Shown piece after piece: positions 10,519-23,007 of a DNA stretch of 64,000 nucleotides. The translations under genes and the position numbers were made by a program. The stretch is taken from positions 1 through 64,000 of the forward strand of contig JAPEUI010000040.1 of assembly GCA_026025075.1 (NCBI GenBank). The letters run 5' to 3'. Position 1 is the stretch's first letter. Each line of letters starts with the position of its first letter. The stretch comes from Vezdaea acicularis. Lineage: Eukaryota. The notes beneath the pieces were generated by a model. That model had not been told where the DNA came from and made no database searches. It was given only the letters and a program-made list of their open reading frames with translations.

Positions 10519-12729
10519 TCAAGCCCCCAGTAAATCGCAATCCGGTATACTTGCCCCGAAGTCCAGCAGCATAATCTTTCCATCTTGACTTGTACACACG
10601 AGACGCCTGTAGTCAGCCTTAGAGCTTAGTACCCACATCGCAGTCCAATCTCTGAAATCGAGCGTACAACGGCCCGACTCAAGGTCGAAGACTTTCACCG
10701 TGTGGTCATAACTGCCGCTGATAACCCTGCTGTTGGCCAGGTCAAGGTGGAGAGATCTCACAAGCTTACGATGACCCTCTAAGTCTTTGATGCACTCTCC
10801 GGTATTGGCATCCCAGACGCGAATGACGTGATCATTGCCACCAGAAAGGATCAATCGCGAGTCTTCACTGAACTGTACACAAGCAAGGCCTCGAGAGTGT
10901 CCAGCAAATTCACGAATACATTTACCAGATTGGATATTCCAGAGCTTGATCATGGCATCGCCACTGGTGCTGACGAGGAGATGTTCCCGCATTTGCACTG
11001 CGTTGACGGGTCCTTTGTGACCAAACAGTTGCCGCAGTAGCTCGCCAGTCTCTCTACTCCAAACACATATGGTGAAGTCCTTAGAGCATGTAATGATATA
11101 TTTGTGGTCGAAGCAGACGTCTAGTACGCCGAGGGTATGGTGTGCTAGGCGCCTGATAGGCTTATAGTTTTCTTTGATTGACCATACAATGGCCGTGCTA
11201 TCGGATGAACCAGTGACAAGTATATCCTTGTCAAAATCCAAGCAAAGGATGGATGCATGATGGAAGTCAGATGAAGATGTACGTGGGGAGACGATATCAT
11301 CAGAGACAGGCGAAGGAGCCAGCTGTGGCACAGAGATATAGTGTGGCCTAATTGCCAAACTTCCGTCTGTGAACTCCGAAGTGTGCAACGACGCGTCATA
11401 GACAGACCTGCCGGTTAAAGGTTGAGAGGGCCCTATGACCTTGATACATTCCTGCGTACGGATATCCCAGACCCGGACAGTTCGATCTCGAGATCCTGAA
11501 ATGATCTTCTCATCGTCGAACTGTATGCAGTACACACTGTCCGTGTGGCCGAGGAGATATTTGCCTGTACAAGCGCCACTGTTCCAATTTTTCGTAAGCT
11601 GATTCCTGATAGCAAACATCCGCTTCCAATCCTGGTTGGCCGTGTTATTTCCGATCCCCCTTCCTCCGGTGAACGTTCCTAATTGCCGAGGCGAAATTCT
11701 GGTTCCTCGACAATGCTCATTGAAAAGTGCGCTCCTCCAAACATGGCGGGAAGATGCAGCCGCCTGCCAATTGCTGGACACCAATTCAGCCCGTATTAAA
11801 CTTCGATGATCAAGAAACGAGAGAATGTGCTCTATCAGCTCGCTGGGAAGATAGTACACTGGATCTTTTCGGACCATAGACGGATCAACCGTTTCAGTCC
11901 GGAATGAGTCCCGCCCCCCACACTGCATGTCGATCCCAATGCCGCTCTCAGCATCGCGATCTCCCGTTGTTTCTTCTTTTAATGCTATGACACGGCCAGC
12001 TATCAGCCGTTCATTCTCAGCGGCCGCGGCTGCCCTGGCTGCGGCCCCTCCAGCATTTCCATCAGGAAGAACAGGTGGAGCTGAGCCGCTCCCAGGAATG
12101 GGAGAGGATCGAAAGAAGGCTGCATCTCCAAGGCTGGACTGAGGCCGAGAGAGCGAAAATGAAGGGCGGTGTCGAAAGCTGGTTGCACGTTTGATCCACC
12201 CTGTCGCTTTTGAGCTAGCCCTGGAAACAGGACGTTCATGTGAAGCAAGATCTCTATCATCATAGAATGCCGCGTCAACTTTCTCATAGCTCGGCTTTGG
12301 TGCATTGTGACGGACGGACATTGAAGCTCTACGGGCTACTTTGAGAAGCTTATCTCTTGCTCCTCTGACACTGACTGAGCTATGGGTATTGTGACGCCTT
12401 AGCCTTGCAGGTGCACTTGTTGAGCATGGCGTCTCAATAGGGTCCATGGCAGACTTTCGGAGTCTTAATAGCAGTTCCTCAATGTCCTCACTTCGCTGAG
12501 ACACTGGCGCTAGGTTTGGTGATTCGCTCAGGTCAAGAAAGGACGTCTGAAATCTTGTCGAATGTTCATTCTCATTGTTCATTGTCGGTACCCCCTTTGA
12601 AAAGCCAGCACATCGATTATCGCTGCCTCCTGGCCCGATGTCGGCATACGTTTCCGGGTGAGCCCGACAAGGCCACGAATAGTTCGAGCGGCCGGAGGAA
12701 AGCCATGATCCCTTTCCCCTTGAAGTCAT
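10519..12729 (-). CDS. F-box/WD40 SCF substrate receptor, beta-TrCP/FWD-1/Pof11-like; true start uncertain; probable 5'-UTR intron at about 12814-12751
   Basis: F-box (DPVYYLPSELIEHILSFLD...AELVSSNW) followed by WD40 repeats beginning GHTDSVYCIQFDDEKIISGSRDRTVRVWD. Confidence 0.9.
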   Translation of the reverse strand: MTSRGKGSWLSSGRSNYSWPCRAHPETYADIGPGGSDNRCAGFSKGVPTMNNENEHSTRFQTSFLDLSESPNLAPVSQRSEDIEELLLRLRKSAMDPIETPCSTSAPARLRRHNTHSSVSVRGARDKLLKVARRASMSVRHNAPKPSYEKVDAAFYDDRDLASHERPVSRASSKATGWIKRATSFRHRPSFSLSRPQSSLGDAAFFRSSPIPGSGSAPPVLPDGNAGGAAARAAAAAENERLIAGRVIALKEETTGDRDAESGIGIDMQCGGRDSFRTETVDPSMVRKDPVYYLPSELIEHILSFLDHRSLIRAELVSSNWQAAASSRHVWRSALFNEHCRGTRISPRQLGTFTGGRGIGNNTANQDWKRMFAIRNQLTKNWNSGACTGKYLLGHTDSVYCIQFDDEKIISGSRDRTVRVWDIRTQECIKVIGPSQPLTGRSVYDASLHTSEFTDGSLAIRPHYISVPQLAPSPVSDDIVSPRTSSSDFHHASILCLDFDKDILVTGSSDSTAIVWSIKENYKPIRRLAHHTLGVLDVCFDHKYIITCSKDFTICVWSRETGELLRQLFGHKGPVNAVQMREHLLVSTSGDAMIKLWNIQSGKCIREFAGHSRGLACVQFSEDSRLILSGGNDHVIRVWDANTGECIKDLEGHRKLVRSLHLDLANSRVISGSYDHTVKVFDLESGRCTLDFRDWTAMWVLSSKADYRRLVCTSQDGKIMLLDFGASIPDCDLLGA

Positions 12730-13735
12730 CTTGTGAAACGTGTCTGAATTCTAGTTCAGAAAGTCAGCACGCTATGTCCGGACGAACTGTCCTGTGCTGA
12801 CAAGACTTACTTACAAGAGGGTAGCGGCCAAGGGAAGAGAACCACGGTTAGTTGAGACAATTTCACGCGCCTCGGAGGCCGGAAGTGAACCAAACCCCTT
12901 CAATCATGAATTTGCAACGCATCCAGGCGCGTGAGCCGAATTGCCAGGCGATTAGGATCACGTAAAGGCGCACATTCCAATGTCAGGTCATTGAAGGATG
13001 GACATGTTAAAGGCGTAAAGCATGGAGGTAGACTCTGTCAAGAGCGTCAGGCGTGCCCAGTGCGTTTCGAGGGGAGTAAAGATTGACAAGATGTTGTGCA
13101 GACAGAACATCAAGTGGAGATTACGCGTGGAGAATCAATCTTCAACTGCACGTTTCTAAGCAAGATTATATCCCTTCGTAGGGAGCAGATATAGTGAAGG
13201 TGACTACGATGCGCAATTTACGGGAAACTAACTTTCGTAGGGCACCGTGTGTCGAGATAGCTCTATGTCCTGGACGTCGGTTGGTTGACTTTTAGCGAAA
13301 GAAAAACAACGGAACGGGCGCGCCAGTCTAGCCCTTCCACTCCCCCTGGACTGGAGGATCTCTGGCTATCGCAGGCGACGATCGGGAATTTGCAGAATTG
13401 ATTGGCTTCTGCTACTCCTGACTCAAATTTTCACGCAGATGTGAAGACCTTGAAAGGTTAACACGTTCAATAAGCCCCTAAGTTTCTCTGAAAAACGTTC
13501 ATGCCGGTACACCCTTCAACTCTGAGGACTTTGACATCATTGGTGTGGCGCTGCTCGGCCTTCCTCTTCCGTCACCGCGATTGTAAAATCGACCAATCAT
13601 CTCTGATCTGGGGGGAAAAACTTTCTTAACCCGCAGTGGGCACAACTCGTTTGATATCGCGCAAACGAACCACAAACCTAACAAGAAAATCCTCTCACAC
13701 CAAGATCGTCTCGAAGAACGGGATAGCTGCCAACC

Positions 13736-14224
13736 ATGTCGTCCACAGGTTTTCAAGTGCCGGCTATCTACAGGCTCTTCTTTCTTACTATTGAACCGGC
13801 TTGCCACCTCATGGGGGCGTATCTGGCATACTTTCGACCAGCCGAATACCTTCGCTTGACTCACGCCGCGTCGGCTCCAATTGGGGATGAGGTACCGCTT
13901 GCGACGAAAGTAGTTCTATACCAAGTTGCAGACTTGTGTATGTTCTTCGCAGTCTGTCAAGCCCTGGTGCTTCGTTCCTCGGTCGACCTGCGTGTTTGGA
14001 GGGCCCTTCTGTTTGCTATCCTTATTTCCGATGTTGGATACATCCTCAGCTTCACCCCGCTGGGGCTTGACATCCTCTGGGACGCCAAGAAATGGACATC
14101 CCTGCATGTTGGAGCTATCGTCTTTGGTTATTTCGGGGCAAGTTTACGACTGTCGTTCTTAGCTGGCATAGGGATGCCATTAGAAAACAGGCGCATGCCG
14201 TCTTCCCCATCAAAGCGTGGGTAG
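13736..14224 (+). CDS. Small uncharacterised fungal membrane protein, about four TM helices, 162 aa, intronless
   Basis: Four hydrophobic segments. The pattern IYRLFFLTIEP...ALVLRSSVDLRVWRALLFAILISDVGY resembles a widespread fungal DUF family (DUF7704-like, recalled, not verified). Confidence 0.8.
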   Translation: MSSTGFQVPAIYRLFFLTIEPACHLMGAYLAYFRPAEYLRLTHAASAPIGDEVPLATKVVLYQVADLCMFFAVCQALVLRSSVDLRVWRALLFAILISDVGYILSFTPLGLDILWDAKKWTSLHVGAIVFGYFGASLRLSFLAGIGMPLENRRMPSSPSKRG

Positions 14225-14704
14225 ACGACCTAGACACCATCTCGCCGGCATTGAAACCTGATGTCTCGACAGACTAACAGCCTTGCCAGTATATGCCTTG
14301 TGTTGGCGATGAGCCCTCCTAAGCTCTTGCCAAAGTGGACTTAACTTTCCGACGTTCGGTAGCTCAACATGCATAGCTGGCAGTGCATCTTCCGTCGGGC
14401 GTCTTTTGATGGAAACAAACTTTGATGCTCTACTACATCAGCCCTGGACAAGGGCCATGGGTCTTGCGTTGGGACCTGAGGATCCTGAAGTGGGGTCTAT
14501 GAATGCCTTAGAAGGAGAAATCGAACGAGCCTTGCGCAAGCAAGCTAACGATCCAACATCCGATAACAACATCACTTAGCGTCAGGAGAAAGCTACATTC
14601 TGATATATGCTCTGCCCGCACTTGTATCTTTGCCTTAACCTTAAATCCAAGGTGATCAGGCTTGTGTAGCGAGATGGTTGACAGGGTTATTCCTACTTCC
14701 GACA

Positions 14705-15607
14705 ATGGCTGCGGATGAGGCCTCGTTCAAGCCCGTCACGGGCGAAGTTTTAAAGCACAGCCTCGTGGCCGCGATGGATCGGGGGAATCGGGATGCCGCG
14801 TTGACTAGATTGCGTACTCTTTACGCATACGAAAGATACTGCGAGCTGGGTAGGCATTATGACGCTGCCCGCGGAGTATCAACGGTGACGAGTACAATCG
14901 ACTTGGCAACGACGAGAAACGGCGATGATCGCAGCTCATGAGAGAAAACAAGACTTGGCGGTTTGGGTGGGGGGTCCAAGCGTGGCGAAGAGACTGCACA
15001 GCCGCACGTGGCGAGTGTATCAGGCGACTTCCGACGAATCAACGGGCTTCCTCCGTCTCACCGCCTTCATGACCCAGCTCCGTCGGCAAATGTCCGGATC
15101 TGATTTCGGGGCCAGCTGGAGCCCGTTTGCCCGAATGGAAGTTGATATGCTGGTAATGGGGAGGAGCAGCCCGTGACGAGTGACACAAATGCGAGTGCGC
15201 GCTCCGCCGTGTAGAAGTCTGTAACATCCTTCGGGAAGGAGCAGGACCGCGCCATGACGCTGCCAAGGCACTTGGGGGGATGCGCCGAGCTGGAGCGGCT
15301 CGAGATGCGAGCCGACTCTCGGTCCTTGAAACTCCGGTGTGATGGAGGGGGCCGACGATACTTTGTCGTCTGTCGGCCAGGCTGAAGGGAGGCGGTTAGC
15401 GTGCAAGTCGTTTTGGCCTGTTCAGATGTTCGTAACAATGAGGGCGTTTATCATGTCAGCTTCCCCCTTGAGCAGGAGGTCGCGAACCGGTTGGCCCTGG
15501 ACGGGGGTGCTCCTCAGGCGCTTGCTAGGGAGTTGCCGGCGGCTCTCGCAGCACGGGAGCTTGGGCGGAACGGTCAAGCGAGCGGTTTGTCCTGTGCCAG
15601 TAAGTGA
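14705..15607 (+). pseudogene. Possible decayed gene: protein-like segments in shifting frames broken by stops
   Basis: MAADEASFKPVTGEVLKHSL...; then ...KRLHSRTWRVYQATSDESTGFLRLTAFMTQLRRQ...; then RYFVVCRPG*REAVSVQVVLACSDV...ALARELPAALAAREL. No family recognised and no convincing introns join the segments. Confidence 0.25.
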
Positions 15608-15799
15608 GCACACGATCTGCCTAGCCATGAGACAGGGCGTCAATCATGATACCGCATGCACCCGTTGACTTTGATGAGGTAACGCCGAGAAGCAACAAGT
15701 CGGGGCGAGACCGGAAAATCTTATACCGTTCACTCCAGGCGCTTCCCCAGGCATGATTCGCCAAGCAGCACCAGCCGGTTAGTGGCCTAGGCATCGCTG

Positions 15800-15808
15800 C
15801 ACAGCCCC
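15800..15808 (-). promoter_or_regulatory. Candidate calcineurin/Crz1 (CrzA) response element GGGGCTGTG upstream of PMC1
   Basis: Matches the G[T/G]GGC[T/A]G[T/G]G consensus about 230 nt upstream of the ATG. PMC1 orthologues are established Crz1 targets. Confidence 0.45.
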
Positions 15809-16034
15809 ATCCAACCTTCCCATTCAACGACTACAGTTGGGTTCGCAATGTGCTACCGTGACACTGCCCCATGTTCAGTCAATTGATTTCATTTTCCATT
15901 TGCCTCTTGGATACCTTACCTTATAACTTAGTTATGCCACTCTCTCCGCCTTGAACAATTCTGCCCACCTCCCGGACTCTCAACATCGCGACAAGGGCTG
16001 CTAAACCATCGCCCGCGACGAGTACACCGCCGTG

Positions 16035-19000
16035 ATGGCAGACAGGTTATCGACGCCGACGATGGTCATAACGACAGTAGTAAGCTCCAACCGTCCTATA
16101 CATGCTGCTCATGGGCCTCAGTTACTAATCTAATGCCTCTTACAGGAGAACCCGCCGGATAATGCAGAAAGAGCAACGACTTCACCTCCTAGGGTAGATG
16201 ATCGAGGCCTCTTGACAGCAGCTTCGCCGAACTCACCAACCGCGAAATCTTTAGATGGAGAGACGTTGGGCGAACGGTCGAGATCGAATTCCGCGGTCAC
16301 AGCGAGTTCGTTCGACACCTCGTTGAAACCGAAAATGAGCGGGGAGACGGAGATAGGAGGAAGTTTTAGGTCGAGATCTATCTCGCAGTCGACAATCGTG
16401 CCGCCTGAGGAAATATCAGCTGAAGATGCGCTGAAGCAGAATGACCGGGACAAAAGCGAGTTTGCAGTTGATAGCGGCCCTTTCGCGTTCACACCCGGCC
16501 ACCTGAATAAGTTACTAAACCCTAAGAATCTGTACGCATATAGGGGGTTAGGAGGTCTTCGGGGTATCGCAAAAGGGGTTCACTCAGACGTTGGAGCCGG
16601 GCTCAGCATCGACGAGACGCACATTCAGAGCAAGGTCAGCTTTGATGATGCTGCGACCATCGATCCTATTCTGGACCGTAAGACTCAAGACGGGCTTTTT
16701 GCACCGTTTGAGAAGACGACCACTGGTCAGAAGCCGCCTGGGCGCTTCGAAGATCGGTTACGAGTTTTCAAGGACAATTCTATTCCCGACAAGAAGGTCA
16801 TCAGCTTCTGGAAGCTTTTGTGGATGGCATTTAACGATAAAATTCTAATATTACTTTCGATTGCTGCAGTTATATCTCTCGCTCTCGGACTCTACGAGAC
16901 ACTCGGTCAGCCTGCAGCACCTGGACAACCTCCAAAGGTTGATTGGATAGAAGGCGTTGCAATCTGTGTGGCTATCTTCATTGTTGTGATCGTCACAGCT
17001 TTGAACGATTGGCAAAAGGAAAAGCAGTTCATTAAGCTGAATAAGAAGGTAAGTTCCCATCTCTCTTCAGAATCGACGAGCTCAACTAATCCTATGACAG
17101 AAAGAGGATCGTATGGTCAAAGCTATTCGGTCCGGAAAATCAGTGGAGATTTCGGTCCACGAAGTTATGGTTGGGGACGTGCTCCATCTAGAGCCTGGCG
17201 ACATCATCCCAGCAGATGGAATATTTATCAGTGGTCACAACGTTCGGTGCGATGAATCTTCGGCGACCGGGGAGTCAGACCAGATGAGGAAGACTGCAGG
17301 AGACGAAGTAATGAAGCAAATTGCCAACGGAGTTGGATCTTGCAAACTCGATCCTTTCATTATCTCAGGTGGCAAGGTCCTCGAAGGCGTGGGAACATAT
17401 CTCGTCACGAGCGTCGGTGTCTATAGCAGCTACGGAAAGATCATGATGGACGTTCGCGAGGAGACGGAGCCAACCCCTTTGCAAGTAAAGCTTTTTGGTC
17501 TAGCTGGCGCCATAGCCAAGCTGGGCACACTGTAAGTTGTGCCATCTCCATTCAACAGATCGATCAAACTAACACGTTGGACCTCAGGGCCGCACTACTA
17601 CTATTTGTAGTTCTCTTTGCTCGCTTTCTCGCTGGTCTATCCGGGAATGTTGGGACTGCTGCCACAAAGGCATCTTCTTTCCTCGACATCTTGATTGTTG
17701 CTGTCACAATCATCGTTGTAGCAGTGCCCGAGGGATTGCCACTCGCCGTCACTCTCGCACTCGCTTTCGCGACCACTCGAATGCTCAAGGAGAATAACCT
17801 TGTTCGAGTCCTTCGCGCCTGTGAGACGATGGGCAACGCTACAACGATCTGTTCTGACAAAACGGGCACTCTCACCGAAAACAAAATGACAGTGGTTGCT
17901 GGGACCATTGGTTCCGATGCAAAGTTTGCTTCAGCTGTCGCGGGGAACTCTGATGATAAGGTCGAGACGTCTCAAACCGTCATTGATCGGCTTTCGCCTT
18001 CTGTAAGAGATGTACTGCTGCAGTCCATTGTAATCAATTCGACAGCCTTCGAGGCCGAAGAAGATGGAAAAAAGACTTTCATCGGTTCGAAGACCGAGAC
18101 TGCTCTCTTGATGTTTGCTAAAGACTTTCTTGGAATGGGTCCAGTCGGTGAGGAGCGCGCAAACGCTACGATAGCTCAGCTCTTCCCCTTCGACTCGACT
18201 AGGAAATGTATGGGTGTTGCCATCCAGCTGAAGAATGGAAGTTATCGACTCTTCATCAAGGGTGCTGCCGAAATCCTGCTCGCAGAAGCTACACGGGAAT
18301 TGGTCGACGTTGGCGCTGACGAGCTTCATGAGCGGGAGATGTCTGAATCATCACGGAGTGCGCATGCCTCGACTATTACGGCGTACGCCGAACAGAGCCT
18401 TCGAACCATTGGATTTTTGTATAAAGATTTCCAGGAATGGCCTCCTCTCGGAACTAGGCCGCTAGACGAAGACCGCTCCATGGTTGAGTTCAGCGATGTC
18501 TTCCATAATTTAACTTTCCTTGGGATTTTTGGTATTCAAGATCCTCTTCGACCCGGCGTGTCTGACGCCGTTAAGGCTTGCCAGGACGCTGGAGTCGTCG
18601 TTCGGATGGTGACCGGCGATAACATCACTACAGCGTGCGCCATTGCCACTGAATGTGGTATCAAGACAGATGTCGGCTTGGTCATGGAAGGGCCCGACTT
18701 TCGCAAGCTTCCAGATGCAGAGATGAATAGAATCATCCCCAATTTGGAGGTCTTGGCTAGGTCTTCCCCTGAAGATAAGCGCATCTTAGTCAAGCACCTC
18801 AAGGCTCTCGGCGAAACAGTCGCAGTCACTGGAGATGGAACAAACGATGCTCCGGCTCTTAAGCTTGCTGACGTTGGTTTCTCCATGGGCATTGCTGGTA
18901 CTGAGGTCGCAAAGGAGGCCAGCGAGATCATTCTAATGGACGACAACTTCCGCAGCATCGTGAAGGCAATCATGTGGGGCCGTGCCGTAAACGACTCTGT

Positions 19001-19925
19001 AGCAAAGTTCCTGCAGTTCCAGATTACAGTCAACATCACGGCCGTCCTCCTGGCCTTTGTATCTGCAGTTTCGAGTTCTCAGATGCACTCCGTCCTCACC
19101 GCAGTACAGCTTCTGTGGGTGAATCTCATTATGGATACATTCGCAGCTCTTGCTCTCGCGACCGATGCGCCGACAGAAAAGATCCTAAAGCGCAAACCAG
19201 TCCCGAAGAGTGCTGCTCTCATCACTACTCATATGTGGAAGATGATCTGGGGCCAAGCTGTCTATCAGCTAGTTGTCACCTTCGTCCTCTACTTCGCTGG
19301 CGCCAAAATTCTCGGCTACCCCGTCAACGACCCAATCGTCGGAGCCAAGTATCAAGCCCAGCTCGACACCATCGTGTTCAACACCTTTGTCTGGATGCAG
19401 ATCTTCAACGAGTTCAACAGCCGTCGCTTGGACAACAAGTTCAACATATTCGAGGGCGCGCACCGTAACTGGTTCTTCATCGGCATTAACTGCGTTATGA
19501 TTGGTGGCCAGATTATGATCATATTCGTTGGCGGCAAAGCTTTCCAGATCGTCCGCATCGACGCCACGCAGTGGGCTATCTGCGTCCTCTGTGCGATCTT
19601 CTGCTTGCCTTGGGCGGTTCTCCTGCGCTTGATTCCGGATGCGTATGCGGCCTCGGTCTTTCGCTTCTGCAACCGCATCCTGGCAGTCGTCTTTGCCCCG
19701 TTCATTTGGGCATGGAACCAGTTCTGTCGACCTTTCCGGGCAGTGAATCGGTTCGTGCGCCGTAAGTTGAGACGTTCGTCTTCGGATAGGAAGAGTGTCG
19801 TTGAGGAGAGAGACAGAGAGGCGGGAATTATCCCAACGAACGAACCGGAGCGACGAGACACCGAAGAGAGCGTTAGCTCCATGCCCACTCCACCACCAAT
19901 CACCATCACGCATTCCTCAATTTGA
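16035..19925 (+). CDS. PMC1: Vacuolar P-type IIB Ca2+-ATPase; introns 16080-16145, 17049-17100, 17532-17587
   Basis: DESSATGES, VAVPEGLPLAVT, ICSDKTGTLT, KGAAE, MVTGDN, TGDGTNDAPALK and QLLWVNLIMDT motifs. Confidence 0.97.
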
Positions 19926-20867
19926 GTCGTAGCTCATTGTTCACAAGTATACGCATTGTATATTAGTATCTTTCCTTTCCTTTGCTTCAGTCTGTATGTT
20001 TTGATTCACTACTCTTTAATCCATAGCGAAGGCGTTTGGGCTTCCCACAGTAAACGGACGGATGGGGCGGCGACTTGCTTACATTGCATCAACTGGCGGC
20101 TGGGTTCGATAGAAAGGCGGCTTTTGCATCAGGCGGGGGGCATCACATTTGGCGGTGGCGGCGGCGGCGGTCATTGCTATAGCATTGTTATCCTTTTATT
20201 TTGCTGATGCACGGGAATCGCATTGGCTTGAGCATGATGTGCTCCGGCGATTATATTACTAGCCACGGATAAAACCAAATACACGTTATTACTACCTCCG
20301 TGTTACTTGAGCTTGGCATGGCCTATTTGTGACCTGCGAATGGCTTGTGAGTATGCCCCGGTTCAGGAATGCATGTGAATGCCCGCCTAACCTTTTCGGC
20401 GGAATAGTCGATATGCCCTTTTATGGAAGGAACTAACCAACCCCCCCCTTCCCCTTCCTTGCCTCCTGCCCACATTCTTGAGCTACACGAGCTAGGAAGC
20501 CTGTACGACTCAACAAGAGCTGCCGGAAGTGCTCAACAGATCTCCTAACATTTCTAGACATGGTACGGCCAGGTTGTTCGTTCTGGTGTTCTCAACAGGG
20601 GGGCGGGAGGTGGAATGAATATGTCACGCTGGAGGTATATGAATTTTGCAGGGTTTGGAAAGGTTTATCTTTAGTTTGAATAGACAAAGCCTAACGAGTC
20701 CGAACAATTGACTCCGTCCGGACCCAAACCCCCCCAATAATCAAGCCCCACCGCGCCAGTAAAAGTGGAACGAATCAACGATGAGGAAAACGGTGTTCAA
20801 ATGGGGTATATCCAACTCCAACTCCCTCAACCCTTCCTTCCTTCTTCTCCAGTCCCCAACCCGAGGT

Positions 20868-21737
20868 CTACCGCCGATAAAACCCCTTCTCGACAGGTGG
20901 AAGCGCCACCTGCCCACTCGGGCCATTCCACCTCCCCACCGGCGACGGCGGCGGTCCCTCCGTCTCCCACCCCGTCCCCCACCACTCCGCACGCCACCCC
21001 GTCCGCTCCTCGTCGTGGTCGTTCACGACATCGTCGTCTTCCTCATCGTCCAGACTCTCGACCTTCCAGCTGCCATCGCTATGACGCCTCATCTCCTTCT
21101 CCTCCCCCTCTTCATCCCCATCCCTGCGTCCCGCCCTTCCAGCAGGCGCCAGCAGCGCAACACTCGTTCTCGGCGAGACACATTCGCCGTCCTCCGCATT
21201 CTGCCGGCGTCGGCATCGTTGCAGGGCTGGAGCGACGCCCATCTCGTCTTGCAGATGAGGCGGCCACGCCAGCCGCCCATCCGCTGCCCGCCGCTGCGCT
21301 TCCGAGACGTTCATGCTGCGGCGGCGCTTCGCCGCCAAGCTCCTATTGTGGGCGCGTTGGCCGTCCGTCTCGCTGGGGAGGGAGATGGTGCGGGAGAAGA
21401 CGGCATTGCGGGACTTCTTCTGCGAGGCGAGGGCGTCGTGGCGGCGGTGCTGCCGTTGGCGGTAGTTGTTTGCCCATGGGGGAAGGGCGGGGAGGCGGAA
21501 GGACAGGGTGTTGGTGAGGGCGCGGAGTTTGGGGGTGGGGGAGGACGGCTCTTCGTGGGGAGCGCGGAGGGAGAAGACTTCGGTGCTGTAGGCCGGGTCG
21601 GGGTGGTGTAGCTTTGCTCGCACTTTCGTGCTGAGCTTGGAGGCGAGGCGGTGGATGAGGGATGGCGCCTCGTCGTAGATGTTGGGCATTACTGCCATGT
21701 AGGGCGTGTCTCTTCGCGGTTTGGCGTAGGGAGACAT
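20868..21737 (-). CDS. Hypothetical basic, largely disordered protein, 289 aa
   Basis: ATG in good context (CACAATG), CT-rich leader, TATAAAAGG box at about 22045-22037, convergent with PMC1. No domain recognised. Confidence 0.55.
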   Translation of the reverse strand: MSPYAKPRRDTPYMAVMPNIYDEAPSLIHRLASKLSTKVRAKLHHPDPAYSTEVFSLRAPHEEPSSPTPKLRALTNTLSFRLPALPPWANNYRQRQHRRHDALASQKKSRNAVFSRTISLPSETDGQRAHNRSLAAKRRRSMNVSEAQRRAADGRLAWPPHLQDEMGVAPALQRCRRRQNAEDGECVSPRTSVALLAPAGRAGRRDGDEEGEEKEMRRHSDGSWKVESLDDEEDDDVVNDHDEERTGWRAEWWGTGWETEGPPPSPVGRWNGPSGQVALPPVEKGFYRR

Positions 21738-23007
21738 TGTGAAGGTGGTGGTGGTAGCGGTGGTGGTGGAGGTGGTTATGGTGGTGTTGGTGAGCGAATG
21801 GAAGGGTTTGGATTGTTTGAGGGAGGTGTGGAGGATCCCTCTTGATCGTTGATGAATGAGAGATGGTTTGGTATAGTATCTTGTAGTAAGAACTTGAAGA
21901 TTCGTGCAGTGAAAAGCACGGTGTAGTAGATAGGAGAGAGAGATAGAGGTCTCCAGATATAATGAAGCTGTAAGAATGCTTTTACTGACAAGAAGAATAT
22001 AGAAAGGAAAGAGAAAAGCAAAGGATGAGGACCATTCCTTTTATACTCGTCCACGAAAGTGGGGCCCCTGAGCGCCCCGAGAGGGCTCGAGAGGGAAGAG
22101 CAGTCTAGTTCTCAACGATATGAAATGGGCGACCTCCCATTTGTTCAGACTTCCTATTCAGTGGGTCTTTCCCTTCGTCATCAGTTCAATGCAGACTAGA
22201 CAGCCTTAAAGCAGCTGTCAGATGTCAGAAAGGAGAGCTAGGGGGCGGGCGGCGCCGTTAGAGGCGTCTGGGAACCCTTTCGGATACCCCTATCCGAGGC
22301 GGAACCGTGGTTGAGATCGGTTGGTGGAGCTTATTTTCCCGCTAAGGAGCCGGAATGTTGCCAATTCAGTATTTGATAGAGGGATTGTTGGCTGGGAGAC
22401 TGCTTGTGATATCTGCGTCGACTCGATCTTTTTGTTGGGGGTGGGGTGGTTGGTGACTCGATTTCGACTAGGTGGATTCTTCCGATAAGTGGTGCTCCAG
22501 CTGATTCGATGAAGGGGTTAGGATCCGCTTGTTAGAGGACCATGCTCTTGATGGTGCATTGGGAGACCTCTGGTGCAATGCTCTGTATGACTCCTTGGCT
22601 TTAGTATGTCGCGTCATCAGATACCGCCGTTCAGTTGAGTTTGACCGGAGTGCAGTGGATAAAACCCTTCGCCCTTTCCCTTGACCTAGCCATTTTTATT
22701 GAGAGGATTTCGACGACTCCAGCTGCTAGCAACTGCAATTTCGAGCAAAGGATTTCTGGATTGTATGAAGAGGTTAGGATGCATTGATCTGTCAGGATAC
22801 TCGAAACAGCACGCATCGTGGAAATCACGAGTAAAGAACCACCCTAAAGGTTGAAGACAGGTGTACTTAATTGTGGGTATAAGACGTTAATCTACACTAG
22901 CATACAAGGGAATATTAGCATAGCATGACTCATATCCTTGCTACCAACCGCATTAATAGCAGGCCCATATGTGCAATGCTTTGAATAAGGATATCCTCGT
23001 GTACCGT

